64,000 bases of DNA from a virus (lineage: Duplodnaviria > Heunggongvirae > Uroviricota > Caudoviricetes): IMG/VR virus record IMGVR_UViG_3300014932_000131, one strand, 5' to 3'. The position numbers and the translations under genes are program-made. Below the pieces are notes generated by a model. That model did no database searches, was not told the origin of the DNA, and worked only from the letters and a program-made list of their open reading frames with translations. Shown one piece after another: positions 22,801 to 30,798 of this stretch (position 1 is its first letter; each line of letters begins with the position of its first letter).

Positions 22801-25011
22801 AATTAAGAAGTTACCTCTCATTTCTTGAGCATTTGCAGGAGATGCAACTTTTTCCATTACACCAAGAGAAGATGCTTCTAAGAAGTTTTCAGCTATCTTA
22901 TTATTTAAGAAAATTTGTTTAGAAGTATTTAAGTACTTACTGAACTTAACATCTTCTATATAACTTCTTTTTAATCCATCATATTTCTTATCATATTCTC
23001 CAAGATCAGATAGAGTTAATTTATCACTATCAAGATTATTATAAATCTTTTTAAGCTCTTGAATCTTTTGAATTTGTTTATTGTATATTTCTGAAGGAGT
23101 AAGTTCATTTCCTAATGAGGAAATATCATTAGCTCTATTAGAATCATTTGCTAATTGTTCAGATTTTACCTTTAGTATATTATTTAAATGCTGTACACCA
23201 TTAGTATCATTAAGAAAGTTGTAAGCAAAACCTGCTAAACTCTTATCTTGAAGTTCTTGTACCTTTGTATGATTTTCAGCTTGTAATGCATCATACATAT
23301 CTTGTACATTCTTAGTAATACCAGCTAAAGATAAACCAGCATCTGCTAACTTTTGTTGATCAAATTGTACATTACCTTTTGCATCAGTAATCATTTTACC
23401 ATTACTATCTCTCTGAGCAAAGTCTGTTTCATAATATCTTCTATCAAGCTTTGCTTCAGTTATTTGATCATATACAGCTTTTCTTTGTGCAAGTTCTTTT
23501 GTAAATCTACCTGTTCTAATATCTTTACCATAACCAACTAATGATGTAAGTATACCTTGGATTGTACCCAAAGCAATATTGTTTTGACCATTAGGATCAT
23601 TAATGTTATCAACAAAGTTCTGTAATATAGAACTTGTTTCACCAGTTTCTCCTAAGCCAGTTCCTGATATTATTCTACCTCTTTTATCTTTCTTTGCACC
23701 ATATTCTTCATCAAGTGTTCTACCAATAGCCACTTGCATACTTTCATTTTGACCATGTTCAAAACCTGTACCAACAGCTCTAATAGCTACATTGTACCAT
23801 TTAGGAGCTTGTTTCTCTAACGCATTAGCTAGCACTTCTCCTGTTTCAGGATTAAACACTTTATTTAATAAAGAGTTTTTTACATTTCTCACTGAAGAGA
23901 ATAACATTGGAAGTTCTATTAATTCATTTACAAATGATAAAGGAGCTGTGTACCAGAATCCTTTTACAGCAGCCTGAGCAGCTCTTTCTTCAATTTGCTC
24001 ATTTGTAAAATTATTTAATCCCTGAGCCTTTTGCTCTAATAAAGATTGCTTAACACTTTCTTGTGCTTCTTTAGCATTTAATCCACTTTGCCCTACAACA
24101 CCCATTCCAAATAACTCAGCAGCATTTAATGATCTCATTAAATTAGTAGTAGCAGCCTCTCCTGTTACTCCTCCCATTGCAGCAGCTTTATAAAGTCCTT
24201 TTGAGAATAGTTTTCCCATTGCACCAAACTCTTGAGGATTTGCCATAGCACTCTCTATAAGTTTAGTAGCTACACCTGTAGCTTTTACAGCACTTCCTGT
24301 TTCAGCTGCATCTGTTGCTAATGTACCAAATAATCCAAGTCCTCTTGTTTCAGCAAATCCTGGAGCAATTGTAGCTACAGTTAATGCAGCTCTATCTATA
24401 CCATCACTTAACCACCAATCAGTAGTACTAAGTTTTTGCCAGATGTTTCCTTCTGTATATTGTTTTCCTTTGTATATTGGATTAGTATCTTCAACTCCTT
24501 TAGTAATTCCAGTACCTGCTTTAACTAAAAAGTTATCTGTAAGATTTGATATATCCCATGTAGCAAGTGCAGCAGGTGCACCAACAATAAACCCAGCTGT
24601 TTGTGTTAAATATCCAGCAGTTTTTGCTACTAAGTTAACAGCAGCATTCCCAATTCTATCCATTGAAGTTTGACCTTCATGATGTAAGTATTCATTATTT
24701 ACATCTGGAAGAACAGTTTTATATCTATCAGAAAGCTCAGAAACATCATATGCATATTTAGATGAGTCTTTTGTAGAATTAGCTATCATTAAAGCTTGTT
24801 GTAAAGCTGTAAGTTTTGGTTTATCATCAGCACCAGGATTCCCTCCAATACCAGGAATAGGTGGCACCTTAATTTCAGGGCCTCCTAAATTAACTATACC
24901 ACTCTTAAATTGTTCAAAAGTTTCAGGAGCAGGAGTTGCCTGTTCACTAACACTTGGTAAGTCAATGCCTAAAGTTGAAGGAGGAGTATTATCAGGAAGT
25001 TGATCAGCCAT
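13888..25011 (-). CDS. Giant virion protein (3707 aa); candidate multi-domain ejected protein carrying a DFDID acidic triad (possible polymerase-type active site)
   Basis: Uninterrupted 11.1-kb ORF. Start ATG overlaps the stop region of the upstream ORF. Motif KIAGSDFDIDKLNMY at nt 16330-16344 (aa ~2890). G/A-rich N-terminal region. No other family confidently recognised by eye. Confidence 0.6.
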   Translation of the reverse strand: MADQLPDNTPPSTLGIDLPSVSEQATPAPETFEQFKSGIVNLGGPEIKVPPIPGIGGNPGADDKPKLTALQQALMIANSTKDSSKYAYDVSELSDRYKTVLPDVNNEYLHHEGQTSMDRIGNAAVNLVAKTAGYLTQTAGFIVGAPAALATWDISNLTDNFLVKAGTGITKGVEDTNPIYKGKQYTEGNIWQKLSTTDWWLSDGIDRAALTVATIAPGFAETRGLGLFGTLATDAAETGSAVKATGVATKLIESAMANPQEFGAMGKLFSKGLYKAAAMGGVTGEAATTNLMRSLNAAELFGMGVVGQSGLNAKEAQESVKQSLLEQKAQGLNNFTNEQIEERAAQAAVKGFWYTAPLSFVNELIELPMLFSSVRNVKNSLLNKVFNPETGEVLANALEKQAPKWYNVAIRAVGTGFEHGQNESMQVAIGRTLDEEYGAKKDKRGRIISGTGLGETGETSSILQNFVDNINDPNGQNNIALGTIQGILTSLVGYGKDIRTGRFTKELAQRKAVYDQITEAKLDRRYYETDFAQRDSNGKMITDAKGNVQFDQQKLADAGLSLAGITKNVQDMYDALQAENHTKVQELQDKSLAGFAYNFLNDTNGVQHLNNILKVKSEQLANDSNRANDISSLGNELTPSEIYNKQIQKIQELKKIYNNLDSDKLTLSDLGEYDKKYDGLKRSYIEDVKFSKYLNTSKQIFLNNKIAENFLEASSLGVMEKVASPANAQEMRGNFLINENIQLQKQLDNEIEKYKKLANTEEHKEGFEKYFKDYIGYQDGPNYDAAAEEALAVDETPDIPDSPFNFTNKGGETETPQEGREYQLPETAKAKVDKVQDEDRYQVTAPNGDITFHDTKEAAQAAADDINKTSADLGKVKVIKNNADGTIKVEDINGKTQNIIPSQLEGYERIQTDQEKLQKFADDINKDQADIEHNSGNVATVDSSVIVNLFEGKLKDASVLFEGTTSQAEDGDFVPKPHQARAISFLNNVGGFPNRARMKAILVTPNQENSLGLAGLAEMQYGKPLSEVADATDVDNGLVVAVYVEQDGDNIYFVDEQGKRVSKVGETMDMNKVVFNTMPTTELYYKFTDKDGKPVPRYRADQKTEAEAKAAGWKVKRAELFDAPGYNVYDFSVSNGIAQTVQNQRNSIGKTLVPSDIISTQEGLVKISTTGLVFHKGKQVKVPVGYPLIQYNDTLQVVRGRTFTNKESQGVFEVLKKISADVNSQLAAGKPIRINRLYSAYLQNVLYWRSKGANSANQIFINTNTMNIELGSEKYDLTKIADNEKAIVDQLKGVYQNINNDTLTKKFNEPFYEPHMVGDELVTSKWTNYQTYLLADTYPDGTTRSINETPLSTNVAEKTDIAPNNFKQRYAVLEGLELPEQLPPAAAPVVETPVAPTGYTLDGTTENTYDLSNGPVLFTATQDADNNTFIKISDNQTVTDIANDKGKMNQIIDALKAVDKFDASKSDVELVKDFLKLRIAAEIQTKAETPVVVAAPAPVVEDKADFSKSKPPKGSQYRVLGKGDVDKISDAELDLFREWHAKNVPNIPFEILSNIITTHDGEKAWGVFENGVAKFYKGGERGTEYHEIFEGVWKGFLSNENQQAILDEFKAKSGKFKDRESGKMLFYEEATDQQAKERIADDFADFRLGKLPARNIGERILNFFRDIINFFKQFVNKPSRKEELFKAIDTGKFKEATLSESAKNDFTEYRAVEGLTEKETNDSVKDITARFFAKVFGTNRSLYDIANLTSPEIFNAIKAEYAEEDKVVGEKTWSDLVLKTKDFLRTFKIEFDEDNLLNINAENVNNRMYAAEAFTTDWKKNSPFAVKIVVGTLVETVPTNQQNSSTLSLPKVATTDKYFLKLLNASRAFATVIDKLANTTSVTKMVDKLINLAKTDSDYVRLFTRLKGDREGMFIDFSKFEPHDWRLFVQFYQTFTKQRPDALIQYINNEGEVYTAPANQFGVIKQTKNDWISNLKALATDMSSLVRYSKGAYKTVSAADVPITTPIQMSNFLSKLGVTFGLDSYLKLTDKDRTEFADAVGAIHTFFGKTTELGSVTAKTLAIDGPLNTLSRLYVKVENPSQDSTFPNVEGENTQAFDNNNAPSLFENEFNESDNIEELKSARPELNDVFSTNSTIWSRFFNAAGKRIKSIKISYIDGTKNERDNINTSTTGLTLGNRFTQELNQNINGNYNIIIPADSSREFMINLGNLISYDEVDGGIAWNTIYSTFKGYLKDEIALAQSNRSYLDNTKPRATELRFFKDILTGKTLSKVNSLIINKATEEDINTYINDNIANINTDVKTFIQDNAEATKKVLMDNKKIIDNPNGTFKYDSLTAVKGLNKNSLSEDQVNNLMVFARANYIINNIELHKILFGDPYQFAIKNGNLDETKRIKSFLSPRRTTFDSPEFNTFHNQQYNKAGDINLKPGEPGYHLFKSFIDTVTLEDITVNGDINEADAASMIIDTAWRDSKLRNGQWDDKTAESWHQWQMAYTRQALDKRDDVKWTYGKNEKLRAHDEELLKTPKPEYVVDVLKPIVSGNKYGKNQFDMVLDKFSQMPLYYKAIEGTNLANLYIKMFEEEKGYVVFESGRKVGSEGKYSLYNEDGSFNTEPFNNNVSVAWKTYGLQVENSYEKPKAQTRGSQTTKIATIDIFENGAPVSEKAGIEYKRHNDALDGLHVEAYTQLLDRLGIEDLGDGYNIVDRKATAEALEQEMLKRDSSDNVKDTLRLDENGQWMVPFEATPEYEQVRSILYSMVNKALISPKMNGLSAVQTAVTLWEKSGEKRGVTIINGKKVFTDGSLKSYSKENPYMEILVPHQFKDQFKKAGFKSDEELLTYLNKPENESILKGIGFRIPTQALSSIMVFKIKGFLPQFMGATVVVPSEITKIAGSDFDIDKLNMYLKNTYINSKGQLKQVPFFGYGDKAKEAIKKFILKEDLESIFDINERTVAATEDDYGKLADRLYKQSLENEYFDSIEKLLTLPENYDRLVNPVSDGGLEDVSKQLDKLMGIDETKVKNRLLDGNYLTALRHAFIIAKKWVGIGAVNITNHSLAQKVQTYLDPVKLALLSAYEKKILGNGQIALPHNKITIDGKERISLSGIKDKANKYISDNLSGFITSFVDVAKNPYILKVINSNLAVNTFMFLTRIGTPLKTSALFMNQPIVKEYLKYLDSIDSKSIYSKKNLDYIRGMFPADVKKVGAAKIELKNLATNIKTYYSEKKAIDNVEQQKILAEFLKYNKMAQYLFKLTQATNYDTTRFKSTEAMNKKMLRTDVAEDSNIFTSAKDILKNSHIGKQAELTQASINSLGSILKLDQLDYSVITNKVLDKYIQDEYLGADDFDKIAVKIKSSFVDYITQTKTGLNDRINELLINPETSVASELAKVRKAHPEMEILNNLVAVSSDRIGGATSIKLKANLKDAFDENLYTGMMRELRDNPATNGLYNRIVDVAILQGTYQSAISIKNIIPIEDYANKVKPAIDSVSSDLNADNFSKGAFERNNWNDENVFTKITNLVPEFYNEGFNQQGDYVYDIQFDQLPVLNGLSETGARNILMLDRYAHFLDVGSDYILIPRVVKNGKDSIDIIDSKPVNRSDYAKRKAAGDTSLNDVMGFQKVKYSNGEPLMVGNKYLYKAINLWGDGQYATEMYTDARQSAINNGTIKIQSEVPDANIIAYFSEKADEEIVPSQTRGKEIAPEGLPAIEDDNQNNCA

Positions 25012-25013
25012 CT

Positions 25014-27740
25014 TTATTTTTTATTTTTTACAGGAACCACTTGATTTAATAATGTAGCATCCATCAATTTTACAAATGTTTCTGCAGCATCTGTATTAAC
25101 AAAGTTACCATTAAAAGGAATAGGTGTAATTTTACCACTAGCATCTGTTTGATAAAACCAAACAGTTGGTCGTCCAGTACCATGATCTTTAATATCAGCA
25201 CCAACTATATCTGGTCTTCCTTGATCTGAAAAAGTATTACTAGGATACCAAGCTGTTTTATATGCATTAGGATTAGTTGGATCAGGATATTGAGAGTTAG
25301 TTGATCCATTCCCCCATTTCATTTGTTGTACTGTTTGAGATGGTGTAGGTTGTGCAGCAATATTTGAATTTATATAAGTTGCATCAACTTTTGCTATAGG
25401 AAGTATTTTTTGTAATTTACCAGATTCAAATAAACTTAATGTCCATGCTTCTCTAGGATCTGCTTCAGGATTATAATTAACTTTTAATTTAGTTTTATCT
25501 CTATCTGCTTCTGGTCCTGCAAGAGCAGCATCAAAAGGAGATGTATCCATAACACCATTATATTTACTTAATACACTTTTTATTCTTTGATTTGTAGATT
25601 TTATTTCAGGTTCTTTTGCATTTTCACCATAAACCTCAAATCCTTGAGTACCAGCAGTAATCATCTTATCTTTTAACACAGCTTCTTTTGCAGCTATGTT
25701 TTCTCTATGTGCACCTGAGGTTATCATTTTTGTAGCAGCATCTAATGCAGATCTAGTAGCAGGATCTATAGTAGCAGGAGTAATTCCACCATCTTCACTT
25801 CTATATCCATAGAACTGTTGTCTTATATGAGAAAAAGGCATTCCAAATTTAGCTTCTACTGCTTGTCTAGCATTATCAACTAATTTATTAGCATTTACAT
25901 CTGTGCCTGCAGGAAGATTTGCTCCAGTGGCAATATTTAATAAATCATTAGGAGTGATATTAAAAGTCTTTTTAGTAGGAGTACTAAATGGATTTAATGG
26001 TGAAAAGAAACCTTGTGGTTCTTCAATACTAACTGATCTATTACCACCCAACTTTGATTCAAATTGTTTTATATCACCACTAGTTGCTGCCACTCTAGGA
26101 TCTTTTTCTAACTCTTCTATTTTATGAGCATTCACTTGTACCTGTCTTTGAGCAGCATTAAGTGCAGGAAGTTGTTGTACAAGACCTGCATAATATGTAC
26201 TATTTTGATTTTTAGTAACTGCGTCTTTAGCTATGTCAACTTGTTGATCTAAGAATCTAGGATTATCTGCAACTTGTTTATTAAATTCTGCTATGATTTT
26301 TTTATCATCACCTTCTCCTTGACTATGATGTAATGCTAAATAATAGTTCTGAACAAAGTTTCTTTTAGTGTCATCATATAGATCACTATCAGTTTTTGTC
26401 TTAGTTAAGAATGTAGCATATGCAGGGAATTGTCCAGCAATTGGTTCTAGTTGAGGAAGAACAGGAGCATCTGAATATTCTTTTTCAAACTTCTTTTCAG
26501 CTAAATCTTGAGCTCTTCCAGCTATTTTTAAATGACCTTTAGCTACAGCTAAATTACCTTGAGAAATAGCAATCTCTGCTTGTTTAGCAGTTATATCAAA
26601 AGCTTGTTTGATTGTTTGTTGATGAGCTTCATAAGGAGCACTCTTCTCATAAGTTTCACTTATAGAAGGATTAAACATATTCAAATAGTTACTTGTAATC
26701 TTCTTTTGATATATAGAAGCTTTTAATGCATCTAAATTTCTATCACCATATTGTTTATAAATATCACGAAGATTAGTTGCTTCTTTATTTATATTATTTA
26801 TCTTATCATCCATTTTACTAGCTAAAAGCTCATATGATCCTTTCTCATCTGAGTTACTTGCAGAATTGGCTTTTTTAAGATAGTCCATTTTCTGTGCATT
26901 CAAACTAGTTAAAAGATCTTTGTTTGCTGCTAAAGCTTGATTGCCTAAATACCCTGCAAACTCTTCTGCATTATCATATCCTCTATATTCATACATTCCT
27001 CTAACAGCTAATGCTTTTTGTACGTCTGGTCTATCCATAGCAGTTTGAATAGCACTTATTACATTCTGAGGAAGTTTACCTTCTTTAATTGTCTTCACAG
27101 TGTATTCAGAAAGTTTTGGAACTCCATTTATATCCTTTTGAATAGTACCATCTGAATTTGTAACAAATATTTGTTCTGCTGTATACTTACCATTCTCAAC
27201 CATCTTTAACTGATCTGCTATAATCTTATCAGCATCTACAGTTTTTTCATACTGAGAATTAAGCATTATAGGATTTCCCTTTTCATCAGTTAACTTATCA
27301 TTTGAAAGATAAGCATTACGTTGTTTAGTATATAACCATTCATCTTGAGAAGCCAATTTACCTTCTTTTCTATCAGCTTCCATTTGAGCTAGATTCTTTT
27401 TATCCAAACTAGCAGAGTATGTAGCAGCTTTAATTATAGGATCTTTAACAATATTTGTAGCCATACCCCCCACAGAGTTAACTAATTGCTGATTAGAGAA
27501 ATCTCCAGCAGCTACACTCTTAAGATTGTTACCTAATTCATTAAGTTTAGATTGCATATATTCTTTATCCTGAGGACGCAATACATCCATTCCAGCTACA
27601 TTATCAATGTAGCCTTGAACTTTTTGCACACCCTGGTTATATTGAGCCTGCTTTTGCATGCCAACTTGCACCATAGCTTCTGTGGGAAGCTGTTGGATGT
27701 AGGGGTTAAAGGTTGATATTTGATCAGTAAATGAAGCCAT
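25014..27740 (-). CDS. Large hypothetical virion (internal/cargo?) protein, 908 aa
   Basis: Complete ORF, 3-nt spacing to the giant ORF, Q/N/K-rich coiled regions. Confidence 0.6.
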   Translation of the reverse strand: MASFTDQISTFNPYIQQLPTEAMVQVGMQKQAQYNQGVQKVQGYIDNVAGMDVLRPQDKEYMQSKLNELGNNLKSVAAGDFSNQQLVNSVGGMATNIVKDPIIKAATYSASLDKKNLAQMEADRKEGKLASQDEWLYTKQRNAYLSNDKLTDEKGNPIMLNSQYEKTVDADKIIADQLKMVENGKYTAEQIFVTNSDGTIQKDINGVPKLSEYTVKTIKEGKLPQNVISAIQTAMDRPDVQKALAVRGMYEYRGYDNAEEFAGYLGNQALAANKDLLTSLNAQKMDYLKKANSASNSDEKGSYELLASKMDDKINNINKEATNLRDIYKQYGDRNLDALKASIYQKKITSNYLNMFNPSISETYEKSAPYEAHQQTIKQAFDITAKQAEIAISQGNLAVAKGHLKIAGRAQDLAEKKFEKEYSDAPVLPQLEPIAGQFPAYATFLTKTKTDSDLYDDTKRNFVQNYYLALHHSQGEGDDKKIIAEFNKQVADNPRFLDQQVDIAKDAVTKNQNSTYYAGLVQQLPALNAAQRQVQVNAHKIEELEKDPRVAATSGDIKQFESKLGGNRSVSIEEPQGFFSPLNPFSTPTKKTFNITPNDLLNIATGANLPAGTDVNANKLVDNARQAVEAKFGMPFSHIRQQFYGYRSEDGGITPATIDPATRSALDAATKMITSGAHRENIAAKEAVLKDKMITAGTQGFEVYGENAKEPEIKSTNQRIKSVLSKYNGVMDTSPFDAALAGPEADRDKTKLKVNYNPEADPREAWTLSLFESGKLQKILPIAKVDATYINSNIAAQPTPSQTVQQMKWGNGSTNSQYPDPTNPNAYKTAWYPSNTFSDQGRPDIVGADIKDHGTGRPTVWFYQTDASGKITPIPFNGNFVNTDAAETFVKLMDATLLNQVVPVKNKK

Positions 27741-27826
27741 AATAATAGAATTAGCAAATGTAATTTAAAATATAATATATACCAAGAGCAATAATAGATT
27801 TTGTTAATTTGGTATAACTGAATTAG

Positions 27827-30778
27827 TTAGAGAGATTTCATAGCTTTTACAATAGCACCATTTCTAGCTTTAAGTTTAGCACCACTCTTAGCAGCTTTTT
27901 CTTTCTTCATATCTTCTACATTGCCTGCAGCATCATATAAGAATTTAAATCCTGCAGGAGCTTGTTGTCTCCCAGAGTTAGAATTACCAGTACCAGCTAA
28001 GTTGAATTGATAAGGATCATTAACATTGTAAGCTACACCACTTGGAGAGAATCTATAATTGTATAAGTTCTCTTTGATAGCAAGATCACGATTCTCCATT
28101 TGATTTTGTAATTTCTTAGCAGCAAGAGATTTAGCAATTTCAATAGCTTGTTGTTTGGTCTTAGAGCTAGCTTCAGATTGTCTAGTATATTGATTATCAA
28201 GGATTTGTAAATTTTTCAACTGAGCATCATTTAATGTAGCTCTATTAGCTGCATATGTTTGATCAGCTGCTCCTTGATTCATTCTAAACTGTTCTCCTAG
28301 CACTCTATTCTTAGCATCAATAGCATTAGCTTGTATTTGAGCTTGAGCAGCAGGATTATTTCCCATAGCTCTTATAGCAGCTCTAGTTTGACTATCTATT
28401 GTATTAATTTGATCTTGTAAAGAGATTCTAGAAGGTTGGTCTTTTAACATTGGTTGGAATGTCTGAGCTTTAACAGCTTCAGGTTGATTCAATGCTAATG
28501 CCATCATCTCAGGATATGTCTGACTAGGATCTAAAGGTCTTTGATTTGTAGGTCTTAAGAATGGCATAGCTGCAGATAATGCAGCTTGACTTAATGGAGA
28601 ATTAGCTCCTTTTCCAATAACTTTACCTACTTTCTTTGTTATGTCCCATGCTTTTTGACCAAATCCAGGACCATTAGCTGGTTGATTAGCAGATGTACTA
28701 TCAGAAGGAATACCACCAGCATAGTCATTAAATATGTCAGATGCACTAGAGGATGTAGGAGTAAAGAATGTAGGTTGATCTATACCAACAGCTTGAGCAC
28801 CAATACCATTTCCTGATACAGGTTGAATACCATCTTCTGCTTTAATAATTTTAGCACCTTTCTTAGCTTGTTTGATTTTACCCTTAGCTAAAGAATCAGA
28901 ATCTAAGCCATGTTCTTCTGCTGTATCAAGAATAGCATTTTGTTTACCAGCAAGGTCTTTTAATTTCATAGAGTTTTGTTGTAATTTCATATCTGCTCCA
29001 GTTAATGTAGCCATAGCACTATTCATTTTAAATTGGTCATATGGTGTATGTCCTTGATATTGACTTGCATTTGCTGTAGCTTTATCTTTAATTTTGGTTT
29101 GTTTATTATTGCTATTAGCTATATCCTTAGCTAACACTTTGTACTTTTTACCACTTTCATCTTCTATCATATTACCAAATACAACCAAGCTATTTTGATT
29201 ACCACCATCTTGCATTTTAACCATTGGTTCATTTCTTTCCACCTCTACAGGATTCTTACCATATGTAATACCAATACCTGTTCTTCCTTTACCATCTGAT
29301 TCATCATGAGAGTTTCCTTTAGGCATAATAATTTCACTAGCATCATAAGGATTTTGAGATAGGGTTTCTAACCCACCCCCCCAATGAGATTGTAACTCAC
29401 CACCTAAAGCCATATCAGGTCTTCCTGTAAACATAGCTTCTGCACTAGGAGGTGTATATTCTTTTAAATGACCACCAGCTCTTAATGAATCCATTCCTTG
29501 ATGAGCAAAGCTATGTACTTGAGATACATTCATATCACCAAAATGTGTAATCACTTGTGGCTGCCAGTCATGACTCATCCATCCACCATCTTCCATATTT
29601 GCTGAATTTTGTGCATGAAGAGCATTAGCTCCAGATGCAAACGCAGCTCTTTGTGTATTTTGTTGTGTAGCATCTTGATATCTATGAAGTTTATTCATAT
29701 CATCAGCACCACCTAATAAATTACCAGCAACATTACCTAAAAGCTTTCCTGCCATTCCTCCAAGAGGTCCAAAGAATGCTGTACCTATAGCTTGACCTGC
29801 AGCACCACCTATTTCAGCTTGACCTGAATCTTGGAAGTAATCACCAAACTCTGCTTTATGAATACCACCACCATATGCAAACTGTTTAGGATTGCTATCA
29901 TTTAATGGCTCATATCCAAGATCACCATATAAATCTCCTGTAGGAGCATATGTATTTTGTACCTGTGTTGGATTACCACCTATCATTGTACCGTTAGCTG
30001 CACTTAAAAAGTTTGTTCCTGATCCTTGAGGATTACCTAATTGTCCAGGTTGTACCATTTGATCTTCAGGTCTAACATATTTACGTTTCATTTGTTCAGG
30101 TCTTGATTCAGCAGCAGATGCTGTTACTTGACTAAGTTGAGCAGATTGATTAGCTTTTTTAATATCATCATTTTGTTGACCTATCTTTTGGAATCCAGCT
30201 ATAATTTGTGGAGCAGCACCTATTGCTCCCATTGCAGCACCAGCATAATCAAACCCACCAGCACCTGGAGCTTTATCAGCAAACCCTAAAGCATCTGTTT
30301 GTGTTTTACTAACTGTACCACTTGCACTATCAATCATTCCTGTTGATGGATTAGAAGTAGCTCCACCACCTAACCAACCAACTTGAGCTTTCTTTATCTT
30401 CTTACCATTCTTACCTATAGCATCCATAATCTGTGGAGCCATCTTTGCAACTTGTCCAATCATATCTCCAAGACCACCTCCAGAAGCTGGAGCTTGTTGT
30501 TGCTTTTGTTGAGCAGCAGTGTATGCTTGTGCACTCATACCAGCATTCTTAGCACCAGCATTAGTCATTAAATCACTAAAGTTAATTCCATTTTGTGCTA
30601 TAGGAGGATTACCAAAATCAGTCAGTTGATGTAACTGAGTGTTTACCATTTTTCTTCCCATTTCAGCTTTTTTAAATGCTTTACCATGAGTTTTCATAAA
30701 TGCTTCCTCTGATGGGTACTTACGATAGAATTCCTTTTCAGACTTTACTTTAGCAATTTTTAATATTTGATCTTTCAT
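27827..30778 (-). CDS. Large Gly/Ala/Gln-rich hypothetical virion protein, 983 aa (tape-measure or ejected-protein-like composition)
   Basis: Long G/A/Q-rich low-complexity segments with glycine-zipper-like GxxxG runs. His-rich patch MSHDW..VHSFAHQG. Confidence 0.55.
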   Translation of the reverse strand: MKDQILKIAKVKSEKEFYRKYPSEEAFMKTHGKAFKKAEMGRKMVNTQLHQLTDFGNPPIAQNGINFSDLMTNAGAKNAGMSAQAYTAAQQKQQQAPASGGGLGDMIGQVAKMAPQIMDAIGKNGKKIKKAQVGWLGGGATSNPSTGMIDSASGTVSKTQTDALGFADKAPGAGGFDYAGAAMGAIGAAPQIIAGFQKIGQQNDDIKKANQSAQLSQVTASAAESRPEQMKRKYVRPEDQMVQPGQLGNPQGSGTNFLSAANGTMIGGNPTQVQNTYAPTGDLYGDLGYEPLNDSNPKQFAYGGGIHKAEFGDYFQDSGQAEIGGAAGQAIGTAFFGPLGGMAGKLLGNVAGNLLGGADDMNKLHRYQDATQQNTQRAAFASGANALHAQNSANMEDGGWMSHDWQPQVITHFGDMNVSQVHSFAHQGMDSLRAGGHLKEYTPPSAEAMFTGRPDMALGGELQSHWGGGLETLSQNPYDASEIIMPKGNSHDESDGKGRTGIGITYGKNPVEVERNEPMVKMQDGGNQNSLVVFGNMIEDESGKKYKVLAKDIANSNNKQTKIKDKATANASQYQGHTPYDQFKMNSAMATLTGADMKLQQNSMKLKDLAGKQNAILDTAEEHGLDSDSLAKGKIKQAKKGAKIIKAEDGIQPVSGNGIGAQAVGIDQPTFFTPTSSSASDIFNDYAGGIPSDSTSANQPANGPGFGQKAWDITKKVGKVIGKGANSPLSQAALSAAMPFLRPTNQRPLDPSQTYPEMMALALNQPEAVKAQTFQPMLKDQPSRISLQDQINTIDSQTRAAIRAMGNNPAAQAQIQANAIDAKNRVLGEQFRMNQGAADQTYAANRATLNDAQLKNLQILDNQYTRQSEASSKTKQQAIEIAKSLAAKKLQNQMENRDLAIKENLYNYRFSPSGVAYNVNDPYQFNLAGTGNSNSGRQQAPAGFKFLYDAAGNVEDMKKEKAAKSGAKLKARNGAIVKAMKSL

Positions 30779-30798
30779 ATCGAACTTTTATATATGGT

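Noticed and set aside
10716-24673. Many 61-250 aa plus-strand ORFs (e.g. 10716..10997, 16295..16555, 17987..18277, 19373..20116, 24443..24673) embedded antisense in the 1639-aa and 3707-aa genes
   Set aside because: Fully contained in long, well-packed minus-strand ORFs; AT-rich antisense frames commonly stay open; hydrophobic/low-complexity translations; no sign of nested genes
27827-30778. Peptidase M23/LytM call for the His-rich patch (MSHDW...VHSFAHQG) of the 983-aa protein
   Set aside because: HxxxD and HxH spacing could not be matched convincingly; composition is better explained as G/A/Q-rich low complexity; left as hypothetical
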